DNA from: Eledone cirrhosa
Lineage: Eukaryota
Assembly (NCBI GenBank): GCA_964016885.1
Contig: OZ024742.1
Location: 74,772,001 to 74,836,000, forward strand
Direction of reading: 5' to 3'
Length of the DNA stretch: 64,000 nucleotides
Part shown: positions 12,833-26,038 of the stretch, one piece after another
Layout: each line of letters starts with the position of its first letter
Position numbering within the stretch: position 1 is the first letter of the stretch
Made by a program: the position numbers and the translations under genes
Notes under the pieces: generated by a model
The model's database searches: none
Told to the model about the DNA's origin: nothing
What the model saw: only the letters and a program-made list of their open reading frames with translations

Positions 12833-13257
12833 ATATATATATATATATATATATAATTCAAAAAAAAATTTCGCTCTACATGGCTGAATACAATATTTGT
12901 AATCTCAGTTTTTCGAATATTAATAATAATATTCGATTCGTTTGCAATTATGCAATTATGAGGCATGTTTGCATAATTGCAAATCCTTTTGAATTTGCCA
13001 CCGACCAAGTAGGCAGTGATTTTTTCAATGTCTTGGAATTTAGTCCACGTTTGCTTTTTTCCATCCACTGAATTATTATTGTATAAGTTCCCTGTGTCCA
13101 CGCATCGCCTGGGAACTTAGCTGAGAATAGACTTCCTGATGACGAAAGGCTTTCACCCTGGGTTCCATTCGGAAACAATGTTTATTCCCTTTCAGAAACT
13201 AATTAGTTGGAGTGAAATTTTAGTAAGTTAATTTTTATAATTTTCTTATTTTACGTC

Positions 13258-13296
<39 letters not shown>

Positions 13297-13305
<9 letters not shown>

Positions 13306-13498
13306 AAAGGCTTCTACAGGACTAGAACTGATTCATTCTGGAGAACTCATCAGGAAGCCGACGGCCTCCTGATGATTTCTCCCGAATGAAACAATTCTAG
13401 TCCCGTAGAAGCCTTTTCTATATTAAATATTTATACTCTGCTTCGTATTGAGTACCTTACTTACTGTGGTTACCCCCGATTGAATCCGGGATAAACTT
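13297..13498. mobile_element. Miniature fold-back element of two back-to-back HHRs plus tail (family D)
   Basis: Arms 13297-13359 and 13363-13425. Minus HHR: ggcttc-CTGATGA-gttctccagaat-GAAT-cag..ctg-TA-gaagcc. Plus HHR at 13363-13413. Tail 13426-13498. Another copy at 31767-31899. Confidence 0.75.
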
Positions 13499-14019
13499 AT
13501 ATATATATATATAAGTATTAAGTTGTTAAACAATATTCGATGATTATGTCAAAGAATGAGTTTTACAGTAGATTGGAATCACTCAACGGAAAATAATTTT
13601 CAGGAGTTATTAATATTAAAATATAAGTATTAATAAAATAGATGTTCTTTTGATCAATTACATTTTATTATACATATTTCGGATGTACAACAGTACGTCC
13701 TCATCAGACAAAATATAATGATACATGACATACCCTGAGATGTTAAATGGTTAAGATTTAATCAAGCTAGTGATTACCCGATAGAAAATTTTGCTCATAT
13801 AATATTTGTGTGAGAGTGCGAAAACGCAATGAATTCATTAGAGAATGTGTGGATAAGAAAAAAACGCTGCATACTTAAAGTGTTCTAAAATTTTAAATTG
13901 TATGATACTATATTTAGGGAAACGTCTCATGAATCATAACAGCCAGTGATAGCCACTGGAAAAAGATTTATAAGGAGGGAAAGATAAAGTGTGGAAAACT
14001 ATAGAACAGACAAACTCTT

Positions 14020-16110
14020 TTATTAGAAGATTAAGATAGGGAGCTTTTCATTTCGAAAATAAAGATGCTGAAAGAAAAACCAACAATAATCAGTTTGAAT
14101 CTTTGTTTAAATCAAGAAAAAATCCTCCATACAACAAACTCCCGGAGGTATTTGAAACAGAAATGCTCGGCATAATCAAAAATATTAAATTTATGATAAA
14201 CCCATATATAGGTCACCAATACCTCAGATCTCTAAAAGATAAAATCACTGAAATAAAAAATGTTAACAAAGTATTGGTTAAATCTGACAAAACTAATAAT
14301 TTATATGGGATAAGCAATGACGAATATAACGACCTGATCCTGAAAGAACTTAGGAAAAATTACAAAAAAGCCCCGGCTGATGATCTTACTGAAATTAATG
14401 AAGAAGCTTATAATTTAATTACCAATCTAGGAATACAAGAAAGTACTGAGCCATTCTTACCTAGACAGCCGAGGATTAACCTGAAGGATTATAAAAGAAA
14501 CTTTAAGGAAGAAATGCCAGTTAAACTGATTGCTCCATCGAAATCGGATATAGGAGTAATCAGTAAAAACATCATAGATAGAATATTACCCACTCTTAAA
14601 TTGAGATCTAGTTTCAGCTTATGGAAAGATACAAACGATGTCATTGAATGGTACAAAAACATTGAAGATAAGAAAAACTATAAATTCATCCAGATGGTAA
14701 TTACTAACTACTATTCTTCTATAACACCTGAACTTCTAAATAAGGCCCTCTCATATGCTTATAAGCATACTGATCTAACCACAAATGGAATAGATATAAT
14801 TTTAACAGCTAGAAGAACTCTCATTAAATTCAATAACGAACTTTGGACACGCTCAGATAGAGAAAGAAACTTTGATATCACTATGGGGGCATCTGATTCC
14901 GCGCAAATCACAGATCTTCTGGGAATTTTCATATTAAACATAGAAAACTGCCGGAGATTACCGGTGGTTTATATATAGATGACATTTTATTTACGGTGCT
15001 CAAACACAATAATATAGAATTAAATAGAGTTAAGAAAAGTATAATAAAATTCTTTAAAACGTACGACCTTAAATTAGAAGTAGAAAATGGTACCAAAATA
15101 GTTAATTTCCTTGACGTTACCTTTAACTTAAACACTGGCTTCTCTTACCCTTTTCATAAGCCTAATGAAAATTTAAACTATGTTAGTAACTATTCAAATC
15201 ACGCTAGATCTGTAAAAAGAAGCTATAGTAAATAGTGTGCAAAAACGTATTAATAAAATATCAGCTAATAAAAATATATTTGATAAAAATGCGGAATATT
15301 ACAACAACGCTTTAAAAAGAGAAGGATATATGAATAATATAGAATATGTAGATAATAACAATCCAAGTATTATTCCTAATAATAATAATAAAAATTATAA
15401 AACATATAAGACTAACTATAATAACTATAACTCAAACACACATACGCTAAATAAATCGAGAATACGAACTAGATCTACACCAGTCATATGGTTTGCACCC
15501 CAGCGTCGGTCGCAGTTAAAACACCAATTGCAAAACTATTCTTTAAAGCTCTTGACACCTCTTTCCCTACTCAACATAAATACCATTCCATTTTTAATAG
15601 ACATACCATTAAATTCGGAAATTCTACAACCAGTAACATGGCCCAAAACATCGCCAAATTAAACGTCAAAATCCTAAAACCAAACCAACATAATGATCAT
15701 AATAATAGAGTTAACATTAATGATACTAAACCAAATTGTAATTGTAGAAATATAAGTACTTGCCCTTTGCAAAATAATTGTTTAGATAGTAATTTGGTTT
15801 ATAAATGCACTGTAAAAACTGACCATAAAACATACAATTACATTGTATCAACCTCGTCCACATTCAAACTTCGTTTCGCGAACCATAAATGCTCATTCTC
15901 GAACTCTAAGAAGAAATCATCCACGTCTTTATCACAACTCATATGGTCTTTAAAAGAGAAGAACCTGGAATACTCCATTCTTTGGACAAAACTTCGGAAC
16001 TGTCGAATTTACCGCACTCTAGTATATCAAATAACTGCCCGCTCTGTACAATGGAGACCCTGTTGATTATTAATAATTATGAGACCTTAATTAACAAAAA
16101 AGTGAATTAT
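14020..16110 (+). pseudogene. PLE RT-GIY-YIG polyprotein, frameshifted
   Basis: KSDKTNNLY, FDITMGASDSAQITDLLG, GLYIDDIL (~14964-14987), VNFLDVTFNL, CNCRNISTCPLQNNCL..LVYKC; split over ORFs starting at 14103, 14996, 15237 and 15488. Confidence 0.9.
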
Positions 16111-17671
16111 TCTCTAATTCCCTCCCTAAAGCTATGTCCACTTTTTCAGCCTCACATAAAACGAGAAAGAAAGAACCAATAACAACTCGGTTACCATGAA
16201 TATATAATCAACAGTAAAAAACATCAATGGCCTTTAATATTGCTTTATTTTATGGATATCTATGGAAAAAACAACGTTAGAATGAATGACAATATTTCAA
16301 TTAGCATGCCTAAACATTGATACACACAATTTTATTTGTTAACTTTGATCAACACCCTCATTTATCTATAATTTAGTACAATACCTAATCCTTACATATC
16401 TATTGAATTTATTTAACTATGAATTTTTAATACATTTGTAATCTCTTTTAAATTTTAGTTTTAATACCCAATCCAAAAAATATTTACGAAACTTATCTAT
16501 AACTCCAAATGTTTAATGACCTTTTGATCTATTATTTATAGTATAATATAGCATATACTTCTTTTAAATATACTTACTGCACTATAATATCTAAATTTGA
16601 GACGGATTCAAACTTATATATAAATGTGAATTTTTTCGCTGTACTTTCGATCTCTTATTTATTTATTTATTTATTTATAATATAATGTTTTATAATATAT
16701 ATGTAGTTATATAATGTATTTTATATATTTTTAAATATTTTTAAATATACCTACCATACTTCTATATACATGATTCAAATATAGAGAAAATATCTAAACT
16801 AAAAAATTATTATAGACATTATTTTGAATTTTATACATGCACTCATTGTTCGTTTTTCTTATATGTATATATATATTTAGATGTAACACGTTGTTAAGAG
16901 TATAACTGTTATCATTTACCTAAAGTATACTACATTAATAATACCTAATATATATCTATATGTATACATCCCTATATCTAATAATACGTTGATATCTTGG
17001 TTATACATATCTATAAATTTTATCTGTAACATATTATTTTATTTTATTTTTACCTTATACATTCTGACTCATTAATATATACCTATATATATAATAGTTA
17101 TTCAAATATTTATAACAATAAGTACTTCAAAAGATTTACATACATAATATGTTGAGATATTTGTTAAAGTTTAGATTTAGGTAATTAATCAACAGTATAA
17201 TATTTCATTCTTTACGTGCCAGCTAAATCCTTTAAAATGTTATTCTCACAATTTAGAAGTTTAGAAATGATAACACACTTATCGAATTTATATAAATAAT
17301 ATATAAATAAATAGCAAATAATCCTGAAATCCGGAGTCTTTGCATTAATATTATAAATTAAATATTTCCAAATTCTAACCGTTTAACTTTCGACCCCCGC
17401 CCACTTTATCTTTCCCTCCTTATAAATCTTTTTCCAGTGGCTATCACTGGCTGTTATGATTCATGAGACGTTTCCCTAGATATAGTATCATACAATTTAA
17501 AATTTTAGAACACTTTAAGTATGCAACGTTTTTTCTTACTCACACATTCTCTAATGAATTCATTACGTTTTCGCACTCTCACACAAATATTATATAAGCA
17601 AAATTTCCTATCGGGTAATCACTACCTTGATTAAATCTTAACCATTTAACATCTCAGGGTATGTCATGTAT

Positions 17672-17731
17672 CATTATATTTTGTCTGATGAGGACGTACT
17701 GTTGTATATCCGAAATATGTATAATAAAATG
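17672..17731 (+). ncRNA. Hammerhead ribozyme motif in PLE pLTR (mirror copy on minus strand ~13661-13720)
   Basis: CTGATGA (17685-17691)-ggacgtac tgtt gtatatcc-GAAA-tatg-TA; stem I pairing is imperfect. Confidence 0.6.
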
Positions 17732-17770
17732 TAATTGATCAAAAGAACATCTATTTTATTAATACTTATA

Positions 17771-17852
<82 letters not shown>

Positions 17853-17857
<5 letters not shown>

Positions 17858-18340
17858 GTAATCTGAGTTTTTCGAATATTAATAATATTCGATTCGTTTG
17901 CAATTATGCAAACAGCCTCTTTAAAGCCATGTCAGTAGAATGACCTCGTCATTCTTGCTCTTGTGTTGGCCTGTAAATAGAACTGCAGACACTAATCGCT
18001 TGTATATATGAAACTGACTGGTTTATCTGCTGATATGCAAATCTGGCTGATCAGTGGGTCTGCTAATATGCAGATCTGACTGATCAGGCAGTCTGCTAAT
18101 ATGCAAATCATGCCGATTTGTCACTGTATATTTTAGAAAATATCATATTTTCACTAGCTCTGACAGTTGGCAGGTAGGGTAATACCTAGAAATATTAGTG
18201 TCTGCAGTTCTGTTTACATTCCAACACAAGAGCAAGAATGATGGGTCATTCTACTGACATGGCTTTAAAGAGGCTGCTTGCATGATTGCAAACGAATCGA
18301 ACATTTTTTATTAATATTCGAAAAACTCAGATTACATTTA
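17853..18340. mobile_element. MITE-like element with ~145-bp terminal inverted repeats
   Basis: 17853-~17996 is the reverse complement of ~18194-18340. Three internal copies of ctgct.atatgca.atc. Flanked by TA repeats. A related terminus lies at 12898-12957. Confidence 0.75.
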
Positions 18341-18833
18341 TATATATATAATAGGGAAAACGAAGAATCAGTGATGCATCGAGACACAATTTATTACGTA
18401 TTACAATTGTTTCTCCGGCGAACAGCTCGAGGTGCGATCTGTTTGTGGATTGAACCTGACTCTGGATTCGCAAGTTCCTCAGATACGTCTAGTGATTTCG
18501 AAGCAAATTCTCTTTCTGCTAGACTCCGACCCTTCGAATTGTTATCATCTGCCATAATCCTGTTTACGCGGCCCTTAGATTGGTTGATAGTTCGCGATGT
18601 CATCATAGTGCTTGACCACTGAAATCTGCCCTCTGGCCTACTCCATTCAGGCGTGAGCTGTCACTCACTCCAATGCCGTCGCCATAAATTACTGGTGTGT
18701 GTAGGATAGTTGTTATGAATTCACATGCCAATCTTTTGTTTGCCTGCCTCCCTATTACATATACAGCCACAGGCACTTGTGCTCACACCTATATACAGGC
18801 ATTCCGAGCTATTAATCGTACACTTATCTGTGT

Positions 18834-18968
<135 letters not shown>

Positions 18969-19102
18969 GCTTGCGTGTTTGCGTTCACACATGTACATAC
19001 ATATATATATTCACCTCTCATATAGTATATTCATACGCAGACACACGCCCCCACGTACACATAAGGGACCCTCTTTTATACATGTATCTATTAATACACA
19101 GT

Positions 19103-19139
<37 letters not shown>

Positions 19140-19400
19140 GTATGTATATATATATATATGCATGCTACACGTGAGATTGTTTCATACACTGACTACTCTA
19201 AACTTTCCTCTTCCTTTATCTTCATAAACTGCCAATGTTTTATTTTTATTTTTATTTTTATCCTTTAACCTTTATATGTAAATTGCCATGCTGGATGGAT
19301 GTCATCCCGCTGTGGGTTATATGCATATGTTATATGCATATGTTTTTATATGTCTCTTGTGTTGAAAAGGAGGTCAAGTATGTTATAGATCACTAAATAG

Positions 19401-19449
19401 TTGCTCCGAAGAATCCAAACCTCGGTTTGGAGGAAACATTTGTAAGCAA
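19401..19449 (+). ncRNA. Type I hammerhead ribozyme, CCGAAGA (U4C) core (family E)
   Basis: ttgct-CCGAAGA-a tccaaacc tc ggtttgga g-GAAA-catttg-TA-agcaa. Confidence 0.7.
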
Positions 19450-19864
19450 ATAAATGATTTAAACTGAACTTTGATTATTGTAATCTCTATATAACTGCTC
19501 TGTAAAACAACTGATGTTATTACATTGAGCTATTTATCTTACTGGTAATAAGATAGTAATGAATGACTATATTTCACTATTTGGGGTTTGTATATAAAAA
19601 ATATATAACCATAAAAGGTTTTATTATATACATAACCATAAATAGTATCCTTAATACTATATACATATATATATATATATTTAATACATTAACAGAGAAA
19701 GCTTTTAGCGATACTCTGACCAACTCCATCTCACTCAACAAACATTAGGATATACCTGAGTATAATCCCAATTAAGTGTTTGGGGTGCTAACTATACTGT
19801 ATTTCGTGGATAGTTGGTTGTATTATTTTATATGAGACATAATTAAATAAATCTCTCTTTCTTG

Positions 19865-19985
19865 CCATACGATCGTTTCGTTATAAGACTTCTACAAGGT
19901 GGGAAAAATAATCTCCAAGTTATGTAGAAGCTTGTATATAATCCATAGATATACATACAAGTGGGCCCTTATATCTCATCAGTGG
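19865..19985 (-). ncRNA. Hammerhead ribozyme with ~100-nt branched stem II
   Basis: Reverse complement reads cca-CTGATGA-gatataag[two internal hairpins]cttataac-GAAA-cgatcg-TA-tgg. Confidence 0.65.
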
Positions 19986-20298
19986 ATGCCCAGGTAATAT
20001 CAATATAAAACCCTACATTGATATTAATATTCAATAATAGTCTCCGTCAGTGCTAGAAGGACCGCTAAGTATGAAAACCCAGTAGTCCTTCAAAAAGAAA
20101 TTTCCCACAGACCCCAAAAGGGAAGAGGTGTTCATCGTAAAATATAAAATAATATACATGTAGGCCATTGAACCCTGTTAGGAATTCTAACCACGTGTGA
20201 AGAACTCAATCGGATATTAAAAAAATAAATATATGTACGTATTATTCATACACACACAGAGATATTAAAAAAATAAATATATGTACGCATTATTTATC

Positions 20299-20490
20299 GG
20301 TGGATTGGCAGTATCGGTAGAGGGTCGGACGCCATGTTTTGAAGCATAGAGTTACCCCCCTTTATGATCTGAGTTCAAATCCCACCGACCTTAACTTTGC
20401 CTTTCATCCTTACAGGGTCGATAAAATAAAGTATCAGTAATGCACTGGGTATTTGCTGGCTTTGTGCTAAAAAGTAGAAACAATTATTTA
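20299..20490 (+). mobile_element. tRNA-derived SINE
   Basis: Box A-like tggcagtatcggtag, box B-like gagttcaaatccc, and central gcctttcatcct..gggtcgataaaataaagta. Other copies at 61323 and ~61728. Confidence 0.8.
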
Positions 20491-20853
20491 TATATACATA
20501 GAAGTATTTTCTCAGGCAAAATAATAGATATGAGATACAGGAAGAAGCAATCAATAATTCATATAAATAATAAATAAAGATAGTCATACCTAAATATCTG
20601 GAATTTTCATATCTGGCCATCCAAGAGTATAATATTTAATACATTAACAGAGAAAGTTTTTAGCGATACTCTGACCAACTCCATCTCATTCAACAAACAT
20701 TAGGATATACCTGAGTATAATCCCAATTATGTGTTTGGGGTGCTAACTATACTGTATTTCGTGGATAGTTGGTTGTATTATTTTATATGAGACATAATTA
20801 TATATATAGTTGGGATTTGGCCGGAGTATCGCTAAATGCTTCCTCCGATAATG

Positions 20854-20931
<78 letters not shown>

Positions 20932-20973
20932 TATGTTTACACACATGTGTACACACACACATATATATATGTG

Positions 20974-21005
<32 letters not shown>

Positions 21006-21015
21006 ATATATATAT

Positions 21016-21604
21016 GTCAGGTGCTACTGGTAACATGTATCCCAGTACAACCTGTCTCATGGTCGGGTCGTTGGCGACTAAACTGGCAACCCCACTAAGG
21101 TTTCTTGGTGAGGAGGGTGACTTTGGACATCCTGCAGGACTAAAAACAAAACCTGTCAAAGGGCAAAGGAGCTCTTGAGAGTCAATGGCCATCCAAAATC
21201 ACCGGGAGCGATGACCCCTTAGCCTTTGTCAAGGCAGAATTCTAGGAGAAGGAAAACTCTGATATAACACCTGCAACCCTGATGGTATCCAATGATGTTG
21301 AAGTGTTCTTCTTTTTGGTAAATATCATCTTGGTTAAGAGAGTGGGACTGGCTTTGTGCAGTGCCTTTGCTCACTATAAAAGCTTCACGGCACAGGCATT
21401 GCTTTATATCTGGAGATCTCTCTGCACTTGTCATCACATGGGCCCAGCACTATGTGTCAATAATTGTCACAAGTGTAGTGTTTGTACCAGAGTTTTCAAG
21501 TCGCTGGCTGGACTAAAAAGTCACACTCGTTCAGCGCATCGGTAGGGGTTCTCCTACATGGATATAAAGTAGTGGCCGTACTCGAAAACTAGTTGGCAGC
21601 CACC
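21016..21604 (+). mobile_element. ~600-bp non-autonomous bipartite RTE-derived retroelement
   Basis: 5' part resembles an RTE 5' UTR (ctaggagaaggaaaactctga). 3' part encodes a terminal C2H2 remnant [22 protein letters not shown]. Fixed 3' end ttggcagccacc. Confidence 0.7.
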
Positions 21605-21639
21605 ATATATATATACATGTGTGTGTGCATGCACACGCG

Positions 21640-21676
<37 letters not shown>

Positions 21677-22627
21677 GTGTGTGTACGTATACACACACAC
21701 ATATATACATATATATACACACATATATACATATATATATACACACACGCACCCATATATACACTCACATCCAGACAGACACACATACACACAGGTGCGC
21801 ACATATATGAAAATAAACTGTACAAAATTATTTGGAAAGTGCATATAAGCATGCACATGATGCTGTACATCATTTACTTCACAATGAAATATTACGTGGG
21901 AAAATACGTGAGAAATACAAAAAAAGTACATATGGGGATACGTCGATGAATATATGCAGCATCTCTCAAAACGGTATATACGTATATGCAGACACACTTT
22001 GCTGCACATGTTGACTGAGTTGGCATTATGGTGCTAACGTGAACTAATGCACATACAGAAACCTTAAACAAAATTACATATGGGAAGCTCATAGGAATAA
22101 TGTAAAGGGTATACCCAAAACATATATAAAAAATATATAAAGAATATATAAAAAATATATAAATAAATATATAAAATATATAAAAAATACACATGGTGTT
22201 GTACATGAAAAAATACATAAAGTGTTACATAATGGAATACATAGAGAAAATACACACACTATTTAAAAAAATACATATGTAGGGAATGCGGAAGAACAGT
22301 TTATAATGTAGTATGTTACTGTGGGTGAAATAGAGTGCCTTAGTGATGAGATGCGGGAGTGATCATACCCATGGAAATTGAACCACCGTGTCCTGGCTAC
22401 TGAGACGGCGGAGTTTAAGATGAGGTGCAGAGTCAAATTGGCAGCATTGAGTGTGTCGATCTACCCCGCAGGGCATACATAGTCATCAGAGTATGGTGTC
22501 GGGTCTCATGGACCCGCAACGCCACTCCGACTGTCGTCCGCTTCCCCGTATAGCTTTAGTTGGGGCCACCCGGGGGTACCCATGCGGAGAGTGTGCATCT
22601 TCGCTGGTGTCTGCATGACATGATGAT

Positions 22628-22960
22628 CTATGATTTCAGGTTGACTGCGACATCCTTTAACCCCACTATCTCCATGGCCTCGGACAGGCATAGCCTGCAC
22701 TTCCTTTCGCCGGCCGAATATGCACTGGTACGTTGAACGATACTCCAGTTGAGATTATACGTGGTGCCGGTGTCCTTCAAGTCCCATATTAGGTCCGGCA
22801 GCCTAGTGGAGTGTTTCTTGCTCCAGTCCTTGAATGAGTTCGTGTGATTGTTCATCCTCGATTTAAAGGTCGTGGATGCTGCGCCGATGTAGGTGCGCTT
22901 GGTGTTGTGCTTGTTAACCACACATTTATATTTTGCTCCTTTATAAGTAGAGCGCTTACA
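22628..22960 (-). pseudogene. PLE GIY-YIG fragment
   Basis: YKCVV..TYIGAASTTFKSRMNNHTNSFKD..IWDLKD..WSIV..CRLCLSEAMEI. An inverted pLTR fragment of the 34.6-kb family lies at 23206-23380. Confidence 0.85.
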
Positions 22961-23592
22961 GTGAATCGCCATGGAGAAATTCCAGTACTCTTCTTCTTCA
23001 AAGGACATCCTGATCCCTTCTGACAACGCATACATGAGCCTAATTATTCCCCACACAAACTCCTTTATTAGACGCATGAGGTGACGCGCATTCCACCACG
23101 ACAAAAGGACCCAGCATCATGCACAGAATAATCCTCACGACCGCCTCAAACGGATTTTTAAATCCAGAGGGCACCGCCCGCATCGCATAACGCATTACTG
23201 GAAATGTGTCACTGAAATATATGTAGCAGTACATCTTTAATAAACGAAGCCAAATCCTTAATATTTGACTTAATTACTTTATTTTACATTACTCCGGAGT
23301 AACCAAACCAACCTGCGTACTTCGTCGAGTGCTCCAATCTGCATACTAAGGTGTCGGTAAACAACCAACATCTACTCAATATATATATATATACACACAC
23401 ATACGTGTGTATATATATTGATGATATTCATTATTCATTTTCCGCTCGTTAATCTGGTATCCGGTTCTATAATCTTTATTGTACAACAAACATAGTTACA
23501 CACACACACACACACACACACACCACACACACACACACATCCACACACACATATATATATATATGTATATATATTTATATACACATACATAT

Positions 23593-23739
23593 CGTGAACC
23601 GACAATTCCGCGCAGGACAACTCAGCGCCGACAATTCAGCGCATGACAATCTAGCGCAACGACAATTTAGCGCAACAACAATTCAGCGCTTCAGCGCAAG
23701 GACAATGCAAAACGATATATAATGTGTGTGTGTGTGTGC

Positions 23740-23818
<79 letters not shown>

Positions 23819-25327
23819 AAAAAAGGAAATAGAATAGAAACTTTTTAAAAAAGGAAATAGAATAGAAACTTTTTAAAAAAGGAAATAGAATAGAAACTTT
23901 ACTTGTGGTTCCAAATAATTTATTTTCTTCAAAAATCCAAAGGTTTACAATTTGAAATTTTTAAAGAGAGCTTGAGATGAAATTCTTAAGCAAAGTCTTT
24001 TCTTAAGTGAAATATGTGTAGGAATGGGGGAGTGTTGAAAGCGGTTGGTGGTAGTAGTGAGTTGAGATAGCGAGTGGTGTGTGGGATTTGGGGGAGGGGG
24101 AGAGAGAAAAAATATATATACAGCAGGTGTGATGTGTTTTGGTCAATTTTAGAATTCTTTTGTTCAAGAAGAATGTTTTTAGGTGTTTGTGAGCAGCACA
24201 TTAGGGGGTATAATTTGTTTGGGTCACTTAAGCTTGGATTCTTTTGTTCAAAAGAATGTGTCCCTAGCAATTTTTAGTACCAAAAACGAATTTGTGTGTG
24301 TGTGTGTGCGTGCAGAATAAAGGATTTCCACTCGCTATCTCAACTCACTACTACCACCAACCGCTTTCAACACTCCCCCATTTCTACACATATTAAAACC
24401 CCATCTACCCACAAACACACCAAATCCATTTATATAGAACCACCCAGTACATACAAATCAGTTTGAAGACCGCGATTCAGCGAGAAAGTTCTTCACACAC
24501 ACACATTATTTATGGTACTTCCTTTTTAGGAATCCAGTTGGTTATAAACATTTACCAAGTTAAGACTAAAAAACGAGCCCTATGGAGCGGATATTATCAG
24601 AGAAAGGACGGAAGCACATTTTATTAAATGGATTCTGCTATCGTTTAGATAGAAAACTTAGAAATGGAAAAGAGTCTTGGCGTTGTACTGAAGACAAATG
24701 TAAAGGTCGTATCCATGTTAATGAAAGTTTATGGGAAGATATTACAACGCATACCCATGTGCCGCAGCCAGCAGTATCAAGGATGAAACAGATGGTTTCA
24801 AACATTCGTGAACGAGCTGGTGTATCTAATGATGTCCCGAGAAGAATGATCCAAGAGGCGCAAGTCTCTTTGCCAGATGAAGCAACAATTTGACTACCTA
24901 AGTATACTTCATTCAGCGCCGTAGAAAATGAGATTATGAGTCAATTCCAGCACCTGATAATGTTAGTAATATTGTATAACGACGTTAGTGACTGAGTATG
25001 GAAATCGAGCAGATAAGTTGGAGTACTTGCGCACTCTAAGTTACCAAATTGAACTACAGAAGTAAATTATTATTAATATTTCTATAAAAATATTTTTTTG
25101 GTATTCATATTTCTATAAATATATCTTATTTTAGTATGCTACTCAATAACTCTTTTATTTTAATTATTGTCTGTCAATAAAATGTTTAAACTCAAAATCT
25201 AATTTCGTTATTCCTTTTCTTCAATTGTCCTTGTATTTGCTTCCTTGCGCTGAATTGTCTTTGTGCTAAATTGTCATGCGCTGAATTGTCGGCGCTGAAT
25301 TGTCCTGCACGGAATTGTCGGTGTGCC
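23593..25327 (+). mobile_element. Internally deleted Mutator-like (MULE) DNA transposon with tandem-repeat TIRs and 9-bp TSD
   Basis: TIRs are built of ~15-bp gacaattcagcgc units (23593-~23706; ~25243-25327). CATACATAT flanks both sides (23584-23592 and 25328-25336). Contains a FLYWCH ORF. Confidence 0.85.
24582..24893 (+). pseudogene. FLYWCH zinc-finger N-terminus of a MULE transposase (truncated)
   Basis: SEKGRKHILLNGFCY...WRCTEDKCKGRIH...HTH; no catalytic domain follows. Confidence 0.85.
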
Positions 25328-25455
25328 CATACATATACATGTATACACAGATACATGTATGTACATGTAAGATATACATAATTATTATAATCAATGGTAC
25401 TTATGATATGCGTAAAAAATATGTACGCGCTCATAACATTGATATATGCACATAC

Positions 25456-25514
<59 letters not shown>

Positions 25515-25841
25515 AGTCTTCTTTTCAACAAGGAAGATGAAAAACACTTACCTCAACACTTAATTTTAAATCTTTAATTTTTAGTTTTTAATTCTTATTT
25601 ATTCTTTTTAATTGTAAATCTCAACATTTGATAGGATGAATTTTACTAATACATCGAAACCGGTTATATTTTATACACTTTATGTACATTATAAAAGACT
25701 TTTTCAAAAGAAATGACCCTCTCATTTTTTCAATAATGTCACCGACGAATCAAGAAAAGAAAAAAAAAGGAAAACTGACCCTTAAATATATTTCCCGTGC
25801 TATTTCCAATTTCACTGTTTTGTATAGAACCTTACTTCACT

Positions 25842-25926
<85 letters not shown>

Positions 25927-25931
25927 AACAC

Positions 25932-25991
<60 letters not shown>

Positions 25992-26006
25992 CCCCCCTAC
26001 ACACAC

Positions 26007-26038
<32 letters not shown>

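Larger units (their letters stand above)
13513..17779 (+). mobile_element. Near full-length Penelope-like retroelement with ~380-bp inverted pLTRs
   Basis: 13613-13991 is the reverse complement of 17402-17779, with ~100 bp extra on the left arm. Internal RT + GIY-YIG. Flanked by (AT)n. Confidence 0.9.
19681..20858 (-). mobile_element. PLE-like non-coding element with ~165-bp direct repeats, a short inverted end and an HHR; interrupted by a SINE
   Basis: 19681-19845 is repeated at 20636-20800. 20808-20857 is a diverged reverse complement of the repeat start. Confidence 0.6.

Noticed and set aside
13132-13185. CTGATGAcGAAA hammerhead-like string
   Set aside because: No stem II and no convincing stem I or III partner.
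20299-20390. tRNA gene
   Set aside because: Box A/B are present but there is no cloverleaf. It continues into a SINE body found in three copies, one with a TSD.
21282-21545. Host C2H2 zinc-finger gene
   Set aside because: It is a single finger inside a multi-copy retro-repeat and is frameshifted in the other copies.
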